Source: a bacterium (GTDB lineage: Bacteria; Desulfobacterota; DSWW01). Taken from it: a DNA stretch of 64,000 nt. The DNA lies in contig JBFLZG010000033.1 in the NCBI GenBank assembly GCA_040756235.1, forward strand, positions 9,864-73,863. The letters are read 5' to 3'. The notes under the pieces are model-generated. The model was not told the origin of the DNA and searched no databases. It saw only the letters and a program-made list of their open reading frames with translations. Shown piece by piece: positions 1 to 10,388 of the stretch. The position numbers and the translations under genes are program-made. Each line of letters starts with the position of its first letter. The stretch's first letter is position 1.

Positions 1-45
1 CCCTGCCCCGGACTCCGATTGAGGCGATGTTCACGACCCTGATCC

Positions 46-1235
<1,190 letters not shown>

Positions 1236-1364
1236 AGCCGCCCTTTCGCCGGCTGCTCTCCCGGTCGCCGCTTTTGCTTCGAAACCTCCCTTCGCAGTAA
1301 CATCTTTTGCAGGTCTGCCAAAGGCGCGCGACTCGTTCAGCTGCGCTCTTTCAAGGAGGATCTG

Positions 1365-2462
1365 ATGGCAGCAAGCAGGGCGGAAGACGGCCATCTTTAC
1401 GGGGTCATCATGGCCGGCGGTCGAGGCACCCGTTTCTGGCCAGCCAGCCGGCATGGCAGGCCCAAACAGCTCTTGCCGATCCTCGGCGATCGGCCTTTGC
1501 TGCGGCTGGCCGTGGAGCGGCTTCTCCCTCTGGTGCCCCCGGAAAGGATCCTCATCGTGACGGGCGCAGACCTCGCCTCTGCCGTGAAATCGATCGTCCC
1601 CGAGCTGCCGAAGGAGAATCTGCTCCTCGAACCCGAAGGACGGAACACCGCTCCCTGCATCGGCTGGGCCGCCCTCCACCTCCGGCAGCGGGCGGGAGAT
1701 CCGGTGATGGCCGTGCTGCCGGCGGACCATCTCATCCGGGATGCCGTGGAATTTCGGAGGCTCCTCGAGGCGGCGGCCGCCTGGGCGGAAAAAGGCGACC
1801 GCCTGGTCACGCTGGCCATCCGGCCGGCCTATCCCGAGACCGGCTACGGCTACATCGACTTGGGCGCCTGCTGCGGGCACGTCCGCAGCGTTCCCGTCCA
1901 CCGCGTTGCCGGTTTCCGAGAGAAACCGGATCGGGTCACGGCAGAGAGCTTCCTCCGGGCCGGCACCTTCTTCTGGAACAGCGGAATCTTCGTGTGGAAA
2001 ACCTCGACCATCCTCAAGGCGATCCAAGAGCATCTGCCGGGGCTTCATCAGGGACTGCAGGGTCTGCAGAAGGCCCTGTCGAAGGGCCGGGCGGACGAGG
2101 CGAAGCGCCTTTTTCGACAACTCCAGGCGATCTCCATCGATTACGGGGTGATCGAGAAGGCGGAGGCCGTCTATGCCATCCAGGCCGCGTTCGGATGGGA
2201 CGACGTCGGAAGCTGGGCCGCCGTCTACGACCAGATCTCCAAGGATGCCCGCGGCAACGCGAGCAGAGGGGACCTGATCGCGCTGCAGTCCACGGGATGC
2301 CTGGTGGATGCGCCCGACAAGCTGGTGGCGCTGGTCGGCGTGCAGGACCTGATCGTCGTGGATACCGGAGACGCCCTGCTGGTCTGCCGCAGAGACAAGT
2401 CCCAGCAGGTGCGGGAGATCGTGGAGGTCCTCAAACGGGAACGCGGCGGCCAGTGTCTGTGA
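1365..2462 (+). CDS. manC: Mannose-1-phosphate guanylyltransferase (no C-terminal PMI domain)
   Basis: GVIMAGGRGTRFWPASR..PKQ, EPEGRNTAP, FREKP, WNSGIF and WDDVGSW; GGAGG RBS. Confidence 0.93.
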   Translation: MAASRAEDGHLYGVIMAGGRGTRFWPASRHGRPKQLLPILGDRPLLRLAVERLLPLVPPERILIVTGADLASAVKSIVPELPKENLLLEPEGRNTAPCIGWAALHLRQRAGDPVMAVLPADHLIRDAVEFRRLLEAAAAWAEKGDRLVTLAIRPAYPETGYGYIDLGACCGHVRSVPVHRVAGFREKPDRVTAESFLRAGTFFWNSGIFVWKTSTILKAIQEHLPGLHQGLQGLQKALSKGRADEAKRLFRQLQAISIDYGVIEKAEAVYAIQAAFGWDDVGSWAAVYDQISKDARGNASRGDLIALQSTGCLVDAPDKLVALVGVQDLIVVDTGDALLVCRRDKSQQVREIVEVLKRERGGQCL

Positions 2463-2471
2463 AAAGAGCTC

Positions 2472-2499
2472 GCCGGGGCGACCGGCCGCTCGCCCCGGC
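2472..2499. repeat. REP-like hairpin after manC
   Basis: GCCGGGGCGA-CCGGCCGC-TCGCCCCGGC inverted repeat, related to 60917-60944. Confidence 0.55.
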
Positions 2500-2748
2500 T
2501 CGTATCGGTCATGGGTTCGATAGCAGCGAGGTGGCGGCGGACGATGATTGGCCAAAAACGTCATCTCCTGCAATCTTTTTCATGCGTGCGGACCGCAGTG
2601 GCGCACCCGCCGGGTCCTGACCCGTTCCTCACCGCCCCGAGCACAGGCCCTTCACTCATCCGACCGCCTTCATAACCCCCTGCCAATCCGTCTTTCTGAT
2701 CATCGGCAAGGGGGCGGGGGCGGGCCCCGCCCATGCCAGCGCCGGAGC

Positions 2749-2763
2749 TGGCACATGGTTTGC
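2749..2763 (+). promoter_or_regulatory. Putative sigma54 (-24/-12) promoter of the REC-kinase-DGC operon
   Basis: TGGCAC-ATGGT-TTGC matches the TGGCAC-N5-TTGC consensus, about 180 nt upstream of ATG 2941. Confidence 0.65.
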
Positions 2764-2940
2764 CTCACCTCGGCCCGGAAGCCTGTGAAACCGGACCAGG
2801 CTTTCCGGGATCCGACGCAGGTCCCGCGGCTCGATCCGAAAGCTGCCACGCAGGAAAGCGAGCACGCCGCCGCCAGGAAGAAGCGGGTGCGCGCGGCAGC
2901 GAGCGGCCGCCTGCAGAACGTCGAGAGAAAGGGCAAGTGC

Positions 2941-3360
2941 ATGTATTCCGTGAGCTCGAGCCCGGAGTCGAGTGCCATACGAAGCGCACTCGCAACAGAG
3001 AAGAAGATCCTCGTCGTGGACGACGAGCCCTTCATCCTGAAGTCTCTGACCTTTGTGCTGAAGAAGGAGGGCTTTCACGTCGAGTCCGCCACCAACGGGA
3101 TCGAAGCGATGGAAACGATCCAGAGAGAAAAGCCGGACCTGGTCTTTCTGGACATCCTGATGCCCAAGATGAACGGCCTCGAGGTCTGTCAGTGGATTCG
3201 GCAGGATTCCCGACTGCAGGACATCTACGTCATCATCCTGACGGCGAAGGGACAGGAGGCGGACCGCGAAAAAGGGCTCAAGATCGGAGCGGACGAATAC
3301 ATGACCAAACCGTTCAGCCCTTCTTTCGTGGTGAAGCGGATCAAAGAGATCTTGACGTAG
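2941..3360 (+). CDS. Single-domain response regulator (receiver only)
   Basis: KILVVDDE, FLDILMPKMNG (phospho-Asp), ILTAKG and YMTKPF; ORF ends after the receiver domain. Confidence 0.9.
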   Translation: MYSVSSSPESSAIRSALATEKKILVVDDEPFILKSLTFVLKKEGFHVESATNGIEAMETIQREKPDLVFLDILMPKMNGLEVCQWIRQDSRLQDIYVIILTAKGQEADREKGLKIGADEYMTKPFSPSFVVKRIKEILT

Positions 3361-3640
3361 TCGTCCCCTGCGGTTTGCGAAGCTCGAATTCGTCCTTCCG
3401 GCTCCGGGGACCTGTCAGCTCCCCTGCGGCTCGAGTCAGGAGCCGGTTGCAAAGGCTCCGAACAGGCTGTTCGAATGCCCGAATGCAAGGCCGGCGAAAG
3501 AGAGCGGTCAGTTTCCAGTAGTCAGTCAACAGGCCTCCCGCTTCGGCCCCGAGGACCGCAAGGACTCGGTGCAACGACCTCGAATTACGGTTTCGGCCGA
3601 CCTGCTGACCACTGACAGCTGACAAGGTGAGCGTGAACGC

Positions 3641-5668
3641 ATGGAGATTCCGTTGCTCGGCTCCACGCCTCTTTCCTTCCTGGCTGGCCTGCCGGGCATA
3701 TTGAGCATCCTGTTCGTCTTTGTCTCGCTGTGGATGCTGCTGGACGTGCCGTCCGGCCGCCACACCATCATGCTCGCGTCCTCGGTGGCGGTCTGGGCTT
3801 TCGGCTACGCCTTCACCCTGAACGCCGGGTCGCAGACCGACGCCCTTTTCTGGGCCAAAGTCTCGACCTCCGCGCTCATCCTGTTTCCGGCCCTCTGCTA
3901 TCTGTTCAACTCTTCCTTCGTCCGGCCGGAGGGCGTTTCGCGCCGCCGCATGCTTTCCCTGCTCCTGCTGGCCGCGTCTTTCGAGATCGCCCACTGGTCC
4001 GGTCCTTCTTTCATTATGGACATAGAACGCCATTCCTGGGGGTACTTCCCCACATATAGACTTCCTTTCCTGGCTTTCCTGGCGACCTTCGTCGCCACCT
4101 TCTACCTGATCCTCCGGGATTCCTGGAGGCACTACCGCGCCTCGGCCGGGCCGACGCGATCCAGAGACCTCATCCTGCTGGTGGCCTGGGTCCTGTGTTC
4201 CTGCGGAGGAGCCGATCTGCTCATCGGCTTCGGTGTCCCCCTCGTGCCGTTGAGCTTCGTGCCGGTGACGTTCTTCATCCTCATGGTCTTTCTGCTGCTT
4301 CTGCGCTACGGCACGCTCGGGTTCCTGCAGCACTGGAGTCTGAACTCCATCTTTCAATCCACGGCCGATTCGATGCTGCTGATCAACCGCGACGGAACGC
4401 TGCGCAGAGTGGACGGGCAGACTGCCGCCATTCTGGGCTGCACGGACGCGAACGAGCTCGAGGGCAGGAGCGTCAACGCGCTGTTCTCGCCCGACACGCC
4501 CCTGTTCCGGCCGGACGATCTGGACCGGCTCCCTCTGCCCCCCAACCCCGAGCCGCTTCACCTCGAGCTGCGGCCCCGGTCCGGAGAGCCGATTCCGATG
4601 CGGGTCCGTCTCTCCGGTGTTCAGAACAAGAAAGGGGAGCTCCTGGGGATGCTGGCCATCGGCAGGGACATCCGCGACGAGATCGAGAAGAACGAGAAGC
4701 TGAAGAAGGTCAATTTCGCGCTCATGGAGAAGGTCGCCGAAGTCGAAGAGCGCAAGGGAGCGCTGGCTCGTGCGAACCGGGAGCTGGAGGAAAGCCGTGC
4801 GGCCATCCTGGAAATCCTGCAGGACATGGAGGAATCCCACCGCAAGCTGGGTGAAGCCTACCAGAGGCTGGCGGAGATCGATCAGACCAAGGACGCCTTT
4901 CTCTCTTCGGTCTCCCACGAGCTGCGAACGCCCCTTTCGTCCATCCGCTCCTTTTCCGAGCTGCTCCTCCAGTATCCGGACGAGAACGAAGAAACCCGCA
5001 GGGAGTTCATCGGCATCATCCATCAGGAAAGCGAGAGGCTCACCCGGCTGGTCAACGATCTGCTGGATCTTTCCAAGATCGAATCCGGGAAACAGCACTG
5101 GCGCGACGAGAAGGTGGACATCCGGGCGGTCCTCGCGGCCGCCCAGCAGAACCTGTCGGTGCTCGCTCTCGAGAAGAACCTGTCGGTGCAAGTCGACGCC
5201 GGCGAGCACCTGCCGGCGCTGTTTGCGGATCGAGACCGGATCTATCAGGTGGTGTCCAACCTCTATACGAACGCGGTCAAGTTCACTCCTCAGGGGGGGA
5301 GCATTCGGCTGAGCGCGAGCCTGACGGCCGGCGCCGGCCCGGGCGGCGCCGCAACCATGCTCCTGGTGCGGGTATGCGACACCGGGTGCGGGATTCCCGA
5401 GAAAGACCTCCTGCGCATATTCGAGAAGTTCCAGCAGGGCGGGGACGGCCTGCGGGACAAGCCCAGGGGGACCGGGCTCGGCCTTGCCATCTGCAGGGAA
5501 ATCGTTCAACATTACGGGGGCCGAATCTGGGCCGAGAACAACCCGGGGGGAGGGTGCTGCTTTTTCTTCACGCTGCCCCTCCCGGCCGTCCCGTATCAGA
5601 CAAAGGACCGTGGAGAAAAGCCACAGGCGGAGAATCTCTCCCCTGAGCCTTTCGTCTTTGATCTCTGA
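3641..5668 (+). CDS. Sensor histidine kinase: multi-TM (HisKA_7TM-like) N-terminus, PAS, coiled coil, HisKA, HATPase
   Basis: About 7 hydrophobic segments; SHELRTPL H-box, NLYTNAVKFT N-box, DTGCGI G1, IFEKF F-box, GTGLGL G2. Confidence 0.92.
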   Translation: MEIPLLGSTPLSFLAGLPGILSILFVFVSLWMLLDVPSGRHTIMLASSVAVWAFGYAFTLNAGSQTDALFWAKVSTSALILFPALCYLFNSSFVRPEGVSRRRMLSLLLLAASFEIAHWSGPSFIMDIERHSWGYFPTYRLPFLAFLATFVATFYLILRDSWRHYRASAGPTRSRDLILLVAWVLCSCGGADLLIGFGVPLVPLSFVPVTFFILMVFLLLLRYGTLGFLQHWSLNSIFQSTADSMLLINRDGTLRRVDGQTAAILGCTDANELEGRSVNALFSPDTPLFRPDDLDRLPLPPNPEPLHLELRPRSGEPIPMRVRLSGVQNKKGELLGMLAIGRDIRDEIEKNEKLKKVNFALMEKVAEVEERKGALARANRELEESRAAILEILQDMEESHRKLGEAYQRLAEIDQTKDAFLSSVSHELRTPLSSIRSFSELLLQYPDENEETRREFIGIIHQESERLTRLVNDLLDLSKIESGKQHWRDEKVDIRAVLAAAQQNLSVLALEKNLSVQVDAGEHLPALFADRDRIYQVVSNLYTNAVKFTPQGGSIRLSASLTAGAGPGGAATMLLVRVCDTGCGIPEKDLLRIFEKFQQGGDGLRDKPRGTGLGLAICREIVQHYGGRIWAENNPGGGCCFFFTLPLPAVPYQTKDRGEKPQAENLSPEPFVFDL

Positions 5669-5752
5669 CCTTTCTCCCCTCGTCCAGGCTTATCGGGCCT
5701 TGTCCTTGCACCTTGACCGTTGACCCTTTCACCTTTGTTCGCAGGGGAAGCG

Positions 5753-8035
5753 ATGCCGGACAGCTGGGAAGGACGTGCGATCGAGGACCTGCTGGCCTCT
5801 TTTTCCGACGGCATCATCATTTCGGATGAGGACTCCTCCATTCTCTGGATGAATTCCGTGGCCGAGCGCCTGCTCGGCGTATCCACGCGGGAGTGGAGGG
5901 GGCGCCGGTCCCAAGCCCTTGCACAGGCGCGGCCTGAGCTGGCCTGGATCTTCGAGGACGAGAAGACGGAAGCGTCCCGCTGCTGGCAGGCCCTGAGCTG
6001 CAATGACCGGAACTGCCCGCTCTGGGGCGGCACCACGGAGGACTGCTGGGCCCACGCATCCAGGTCGGCCTCCTCCGGGGAGGGAACGGAGGACGCCGGG
6101 CCGGTGCGCGAGCTGCCGGAGAAGTGCTCCAGGTGTCAGGTGTACAAGTCCCATACGGTCTTGCGCGAGCGCGAGGTCCTGCGCGTCCCCTGCGAAAAGG
6201 TCATGCTGCAGCTTTCGAGCAGCATCGTCCGCAACCGCCAGGGTGCCGCCGTCGGCAGGCTGCGGATCCTGCGCGACGTGACCCGGGACCGCGAGCTCGC
6301 CAGGCTCAAGGACGACTTTCTGTCGGCCCTTTCCCACGAGCTGCGCACCCCGCTGACGTCCATCCGTTCGTACGCGGAAATCCTCTTGAGCTATCCGGAC
6401 ACGGACCCGGAAACCCAAAAAGAGTTCCTGGGCGTGATCCAGGCCGAGAGCGAACGGCTGGACCAGATGATCGACGACATGTCGGAGCTGCAGCGGCTGG
6501 AGCTGACCCGCTCGGTCTGGAACAATCAGCACATCCTGTTTCAGGACGTGGTCCAGAGCGCCCTGCGCGACCATGAGCGGGCCCTGGAAAAGAGGGGTAT
6601 CCGCTGCCAGGTCGAAATCGACCCGAATGCCCCGCTGCTCTGGGCCGACTTCGACCGGCTGCACCGGGTGCTGAGCACGCTGCTGCGGAATCTGCAGAAG
6701 GTGACGGAGCCCGGAGGATCGATCCTGCTCCAGGCGGCGGCCGTAAGAGGGAAGAGAGAGGCGGATCGTACCAGCCTCATCCACGTGACGCTCTCGGCGA
6801 GCGGCGCGGCGGACGCACAGCCCGCGCAGCCAGGCGCGCTCGGCCAAGCCGATTCCGGTTCCCGGCGGATCTCCCTCGGCCACGAGAAGAGCATGGGGCT
6901 GGGCATCATCCTCTGCAAGCAGATCCTCGATCAGTGCGGCGGCAACCTGTGGACGGATAACGGCGCGGAAGGATCGGGCCACACGATCCACTTCATCCTT
7001 CCGGCCCTGGGCGGGAAGGCCCGGGTCGATCCGGATGAGCTCCGCTCCGCGGGCCCGATGGCCGCCGCGATTCCCTCCAAGCTCGAGAAAGGGAAGCGCG
7101 GGATTCTGGTCGTGGACGACGACCCGAGCCTGGTCAACGCCCTGGTCTTTGCGCTGACCAAGGAGGGCTACAACGTCCACTCCTCCACCTCGGCTCGCCG
7201 TGCCCTGGAGATGGTCAAGCAGATCAAGCCGGACCTGATCATCTCCGACATCACCATGCCGGAGATGGACGGCTACACGTTTCTGGAGGAGCTGCAGAAG
7301 GAGGAGTCCGCCAAGATGATCCCCTTCATCTTCGTCTCCGCCAGGGGAGAGCCGATGGACCGGATCCGGGGCCTGAAGACCGGAGTGGACGACTACCTGA
7401 GCAAGCCGTTCGAGATCAAGGAGCTGGCGGCCCGAGTGGAAGCGCTCCTGGCCCGAGTGGAAAGGCTGAAGGATCTGGCGCGCTTCGACGCACTCACGGG
7501 CGCGATGACGCGCCGGGCCTTCGAGGAGGCCCTTCCCCGGGAGCTCCGCAAGGCGCAGCTCAACCGACTGCCCCTGGCCATCGCCATGGGCGATCTGGAC
7601 CATTTCAAGAGCGTCAACGACACCCACGGCCACCCGATCGGCGACTTCGTCCTGCAGTCCTTCGTCCGCTTCCTGCAGAAGAACCTGCGGGACGATGCCA
7701 TCCTGGTTCGCTACGGCGGCGAAGAATTCTGCATCGTGATGCCGGACGTGAAGAAACAGGTGGCGCAGGAAATCCTCGAGCGCATCCGCAGCATGCTCTC
7801 CGAGACTTCCTTCCGATACGAGAAGGAGAAGCTGCAAGTCCAGGTGACCTGCAGCTTCGGGGTCAGCGGTTTCCCCGAGGACAGCGGCAATCCCGAAGGG
7901 CTCATCGAAAAAGCCGATGAGGCGCTGTACGCCGCCAAGAACCTGGGTCGGAACAGGGTGGTCGTCTACGGCGAACCTGCCGCTCCGCACCCGACCCTGA
8001 AGCCCGAACGGCCCGACCCTGCCGGGCGGCCGTGA
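5753..8035 (+). CDS. Hybrid PAS (with Cys-Trp insert) - HisKA - degenerate HATPase - REC - GGDEF diguanylate cyclase
   Basis: SHELRTPL; ILVVDDD/ISDITMP receiver; DLDHFKSVNDTHGH..GD and RYGGEEF; start could be 5720. Confidence 0.9.
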   Translation: MPDSWEGRAIEDLLASFSDGIIISDEDSSILWMNSVAERLLGVSTREWRGRRSQALAQARPELAWIFEDEKTEASRCWQALSCNDRNCPLWGGTTEDCWAHASRSASSGEGTEDAGPVRELPEKCSRCQVYKSHTVLREREVLRVPCEKVMLQLSSSIVRNRQGAAVGRLRILRDVTRDRELARLKDDFLSALSHELRTPLTSIRSYAEILLSYPDTDPETQKEFLGVIQAESERLDQMIDDMSELQRLELTRSVWNNQHILFQDVVQSALRDHERALEKRGIRCQVEIDPNAPLLWADFDRLHRVLSTLLRNLQKVTEPGGSILLQAAAVRGKREADRTSLIHVTLSASGAADAQPAQPGALGQADSGSRRISLGHEKSMGLGIILCKQILDQCGGNLWTDNGAEGSGHTIHFILPALGGKARVDPDELRSAGPMAAAIPSKLEKGKRGILVVDDDPSLVNALVFALTKEGYNVHSSTSARRALEMVKQIKPDLIISDITMPEMDGYTFLEELQKEESAKMIPFIFVSARGEPMDRIRGLKTGVDDYLSKPFEIKELAARVEALLARVERLKDLARFDALTGAMTRRAFEEALPRELRKAQLNRLPLAIAMGDLDHFKSVNDTHGHPIGDFVLQSFVRFLQKNLRDDAILVRYGGEEFCIVMPDVKKQVAQEILERIRSMLSETSFRYEKEKLQVQVTCSFGVSGFPEDSGNPEGLIEKADEALYAAKNLGRNRVVVYGEPAAPHPTLKPERPDPAGRP

Positions 8036-8051
8036 CCGACCGGATTCTGAC

Positions 8052-8621
8052 TTGCGGCTGACCTACGGATCCCGACGGGAGAAGACGCTGCTCCCGGCCG
8101 CCTTCCTGGCCGCCGCCGCGGCCGGGCTCGCGCTTCTGCTCGGGGAAGGTCTCGACCTCCTGCCTTTCCTCTGGCTCCCGCTCTATCTCGCGGGAAGCGG
8201 CCTCCTCCTCGGCGCCCTCTCCGTGCGCCCCCTGAGGGACAGCGCATTCGGGAATCTCCTGTACCGCGCGCTCCCGACGCTGCTCATCGCCGGGGCCATT
8301 CTGACCGCCTCTTCTCTTCCCATGGGGCCCGGCAAAGCCGTGAGCGTGCCGGACGACCTCCTCCACGGGCTGGAATACGCGGGGCTCGGGTTCCTCATGG
8401 CCCGCATGCTGCACCCTGCGGCCGCTCCCTTGCGCCTCCGGGCCCTCGTCCTGGCGGGCGCCATCGCCGTGCTCTTCGGAGCTCTCGACGAATTCCGCCA
8501 AAGCTTCGTCCCCGGCAGAGACCCCAGCCTGGCCGATCTGAGGAGCGACGCGGTCGGCATTCTGGCCGGCGTGCTGAGCTACACCTTGCTCTACCTGCGG
8601 CGTGCAGAAGGGCCTGACTGA
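8052..8621 (+). CDS. VanZ-family membrane protein
   Basis: DDLLHGLEYAGLG and GALDEFRQSFVPGRDPSLADLRSD motifs; TM helices; start uncertain. Confidence 0.8.
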   Translation: MRLTYGSRREKTLLPAAFLAAAAAGLALLLGEGLDLLPFLWLPLYLAGSGLLLGALSVRPLRDSAFGNLLYRALPTLLIAGAILTASSLPMGPGKAVSVPDDLLHGLEYAGLGFLMARMLHPAAAPLRLRALVLAGAIAVLFGALDEFRQSFVPGRDPSLADLRSDAVGILAGVLSYTLLYLRRAEGPD

Positions 8622-8744
8622 GGGTCCTCGCAGACCAGTGAATCGGTCCCATGCTCTTCGATGCAACCCCCCAAGCCTGCTGACGCCCTGCGCACCGGCT
8701 TGTCTCTCCATGCGGTTCGCCAGAGGGCGGCGGGGGGTTCTTCA

Positions 8745-8774
8745 TTGACGGATAGCAATCTATTTGTATAAGAT
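8745..8774 (+). promoter_or_regulatory. Putative sigma70 promoter for the lipoprotein pair
   Basis: TTGACG followed 16-18 nt later by TATAAG/TAAGAT in an AT-rich patch. Confidence 0.5.
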
Positions 8775-8968
8775 CCAGATTCGGTTGAACTACCATCGGG
8801 CAGCGCTGCCCCGCATGCAGGACGCCGTTCCGCAACGATTCGGAGAATGCCTCACGGAGACCGGCAAGACCGTTGCCATGTTCCGTTGTTGGAGCCTCCA
8901 AGCGCAGTGCTTGAGGAGCAGTACTTCCATGTGGGTCTGAACAATTTCATGAATGGAGGAATGGAGGA

Positions 8969-9433
8969 ATGCGAACGCCCGGCCTGATCCTGTGCTCATT
9001 CATAGGGCTCGCGGTGTCGGCTGGCTGTATGAGTGCGGCTCAGCATCAACAGGAGTTGGGTTCGACAGCCGAAAGGGAAATGACCGTCGGCATCGTTCAA
9101 AAAGAGATCCGTGTCGGCATGTCCCAAGCGGATGTCGCATCGGCCCTGGGTTCTCCGAATATCGTAACGAGGGACAGCGAAGGCAAAGAGACCTGGGTCT
9201 ACGACAAGATTGCCACGGAGGCATCGTTTTCTCGGAGCGGCGGCGGTCTGGGAGGCGGAGTCGGTGCCGGTGGAATCGCAGGTGACGCCCTCATTCTGGG
9301 AGGCGTAGGAGGCGGTTATTCCAAGAGCAGTGGTGCAGCGGCTACGACACAGAAAACGCTCACGGTCATGATCAAGTTTGACAAGAATACCAGCTTGGTG
9401 GAGTCGTTCTCTTACCACACCAGTAAATTCTAG
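8969..9433 (+). CDS. Lipoprotein, SmpA/OmlA (BamE)-like domain with glycine-rich insert
   Basis: Lipobox AVSAGC; IRVGMSQADVASALGSP and ETWVYD pattern. Confidence 0.7.
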   Translation: MRTPGLILCSFIGLAVSAGCMSAAQHQQELGSTAEREMTVGIVQKEIRVGMSQADVASALGSPNIVTRDSEGKETWVYDKIATEASFSRSGGGLGGGVGAGGIAGDALILGGVGGGYSKSSGAAATTQKTLTVMIKFDKNTSLVESFSYHTSKF

Positions 9434-9450
9434 CTGCTGGGAGGCAGCCT

Positions 9451-9945
9451 ATGAAGAGAGCGGGCATCATCGCGATCGTAGGTTTCTTTTTCGTCGGCTG
9501 TGCCACTCCTGCAACAGCTCCCAAATCGCAATTGCAGATACGTGAATTCCAGACGCGATCCTATGAGACCAAGGACACCATGATGGTGATGAAGGCCGTA
9601 CTGAACACGCTTCAAGATGAAGGCTTCATCGTCAAGAACGCCGTCCCCGAGCTTGGGCTCCTCACCGCTACAAAAGAGATGGACGTGGAAGACAAGACTC
9701 AGGCGATTCTCTTGCGCCTGCTTGGAGGGGCCAACGCCACCTGGCTGAAGAATTCCATCGTAGAGGCCACGGCCAATGTCAGTGACTTCGGATCCCAGAC
9801 CCGCGTGCGTCTCAATTTTCAAGTGAAGACTTACGACAACAGAGGTGCTGTACGGGAAGTGAAGCAGATTGAAGACGCCCAATTCTACCAGAATTTCTTC
9901 GCCAAAGTAGACAAGGGGATCTTCATCCAGAAGGAGAAATTGTGA
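9451..9945 (+). CDS. Lipoprotein of unknown function
   Basis: Lipobox FFVGC; GGAGG RBS; 17 nt after the previous gene. Confidence 0.75.
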   Translation: MKRAGIIAIVGFFFVGCATPATAPKSQLQIREFQTRSYETKDTMMVMKAVLNTLQDEGFIVKNAVPELGLLTATKEMDVEDKTQAILLRLLGGANATWLKNSIVEATANVSDFGSQTRVRLNFQVKTYDNRGAVREVKQIEDAQFYQNFFAKVDKGIFIQKEKL

Positions 9946-10388
9946 ACGAACCGGCCATCGTTCTTCGAAGAGCCAACAGGCCACCAGGGTCGCCCCGGGG
10001 CCCGATGCGTCGGTCGCCTGCTTGAAGTCTTGACTCTCCCTCATTCCCCTCGGCGCTCTCCCATTAGCTGATGTGGCCCTTGCCTGTCCGATCCCGTGCA
10101 GTCCAAGTGCGAGACGACCCCTCTCCTTCCGCAGAATCCGCCTGGGCGATACCCGAAAGCCCCGGACATTCGTTGCCTCCTCAGAGATTCTGAGCCGAGG
10201 TCCGGGCCGGGGCAAGTGCGCATCCAACCCTAAAGGCCGTCTATTGCGGAGCCTCATCTCAAGGATGAGGAAGGAATCCCCGCGGCCGCGCGGGACCTTG
10301 TCCTTACTGCGCTTCGCCCATGTGTGCCCTCGGTAGCTCGCGGCAAGGCGGGTGCGCCGGAAAACGTGCGGAAAGAAGGAGACGAACG

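Noticed and set aside
2548..2940. N-terminal extension of the response regulator (also ORF-track extensions of hflC, the RND gene, enoyl-CoA hydratase, rsbW and the ECF genes)
   Set aside because: Extensions are Arg/Pro-rich non-domain sequence overlapping promoters, repeats or neighbouring genes; later starts fit domain boundaries.
9950..10380. Small ORFs or structured RNA upstream of hflK
   Set aside because: Only short GC hairpins and motif-less ORFs; nothing supportable.
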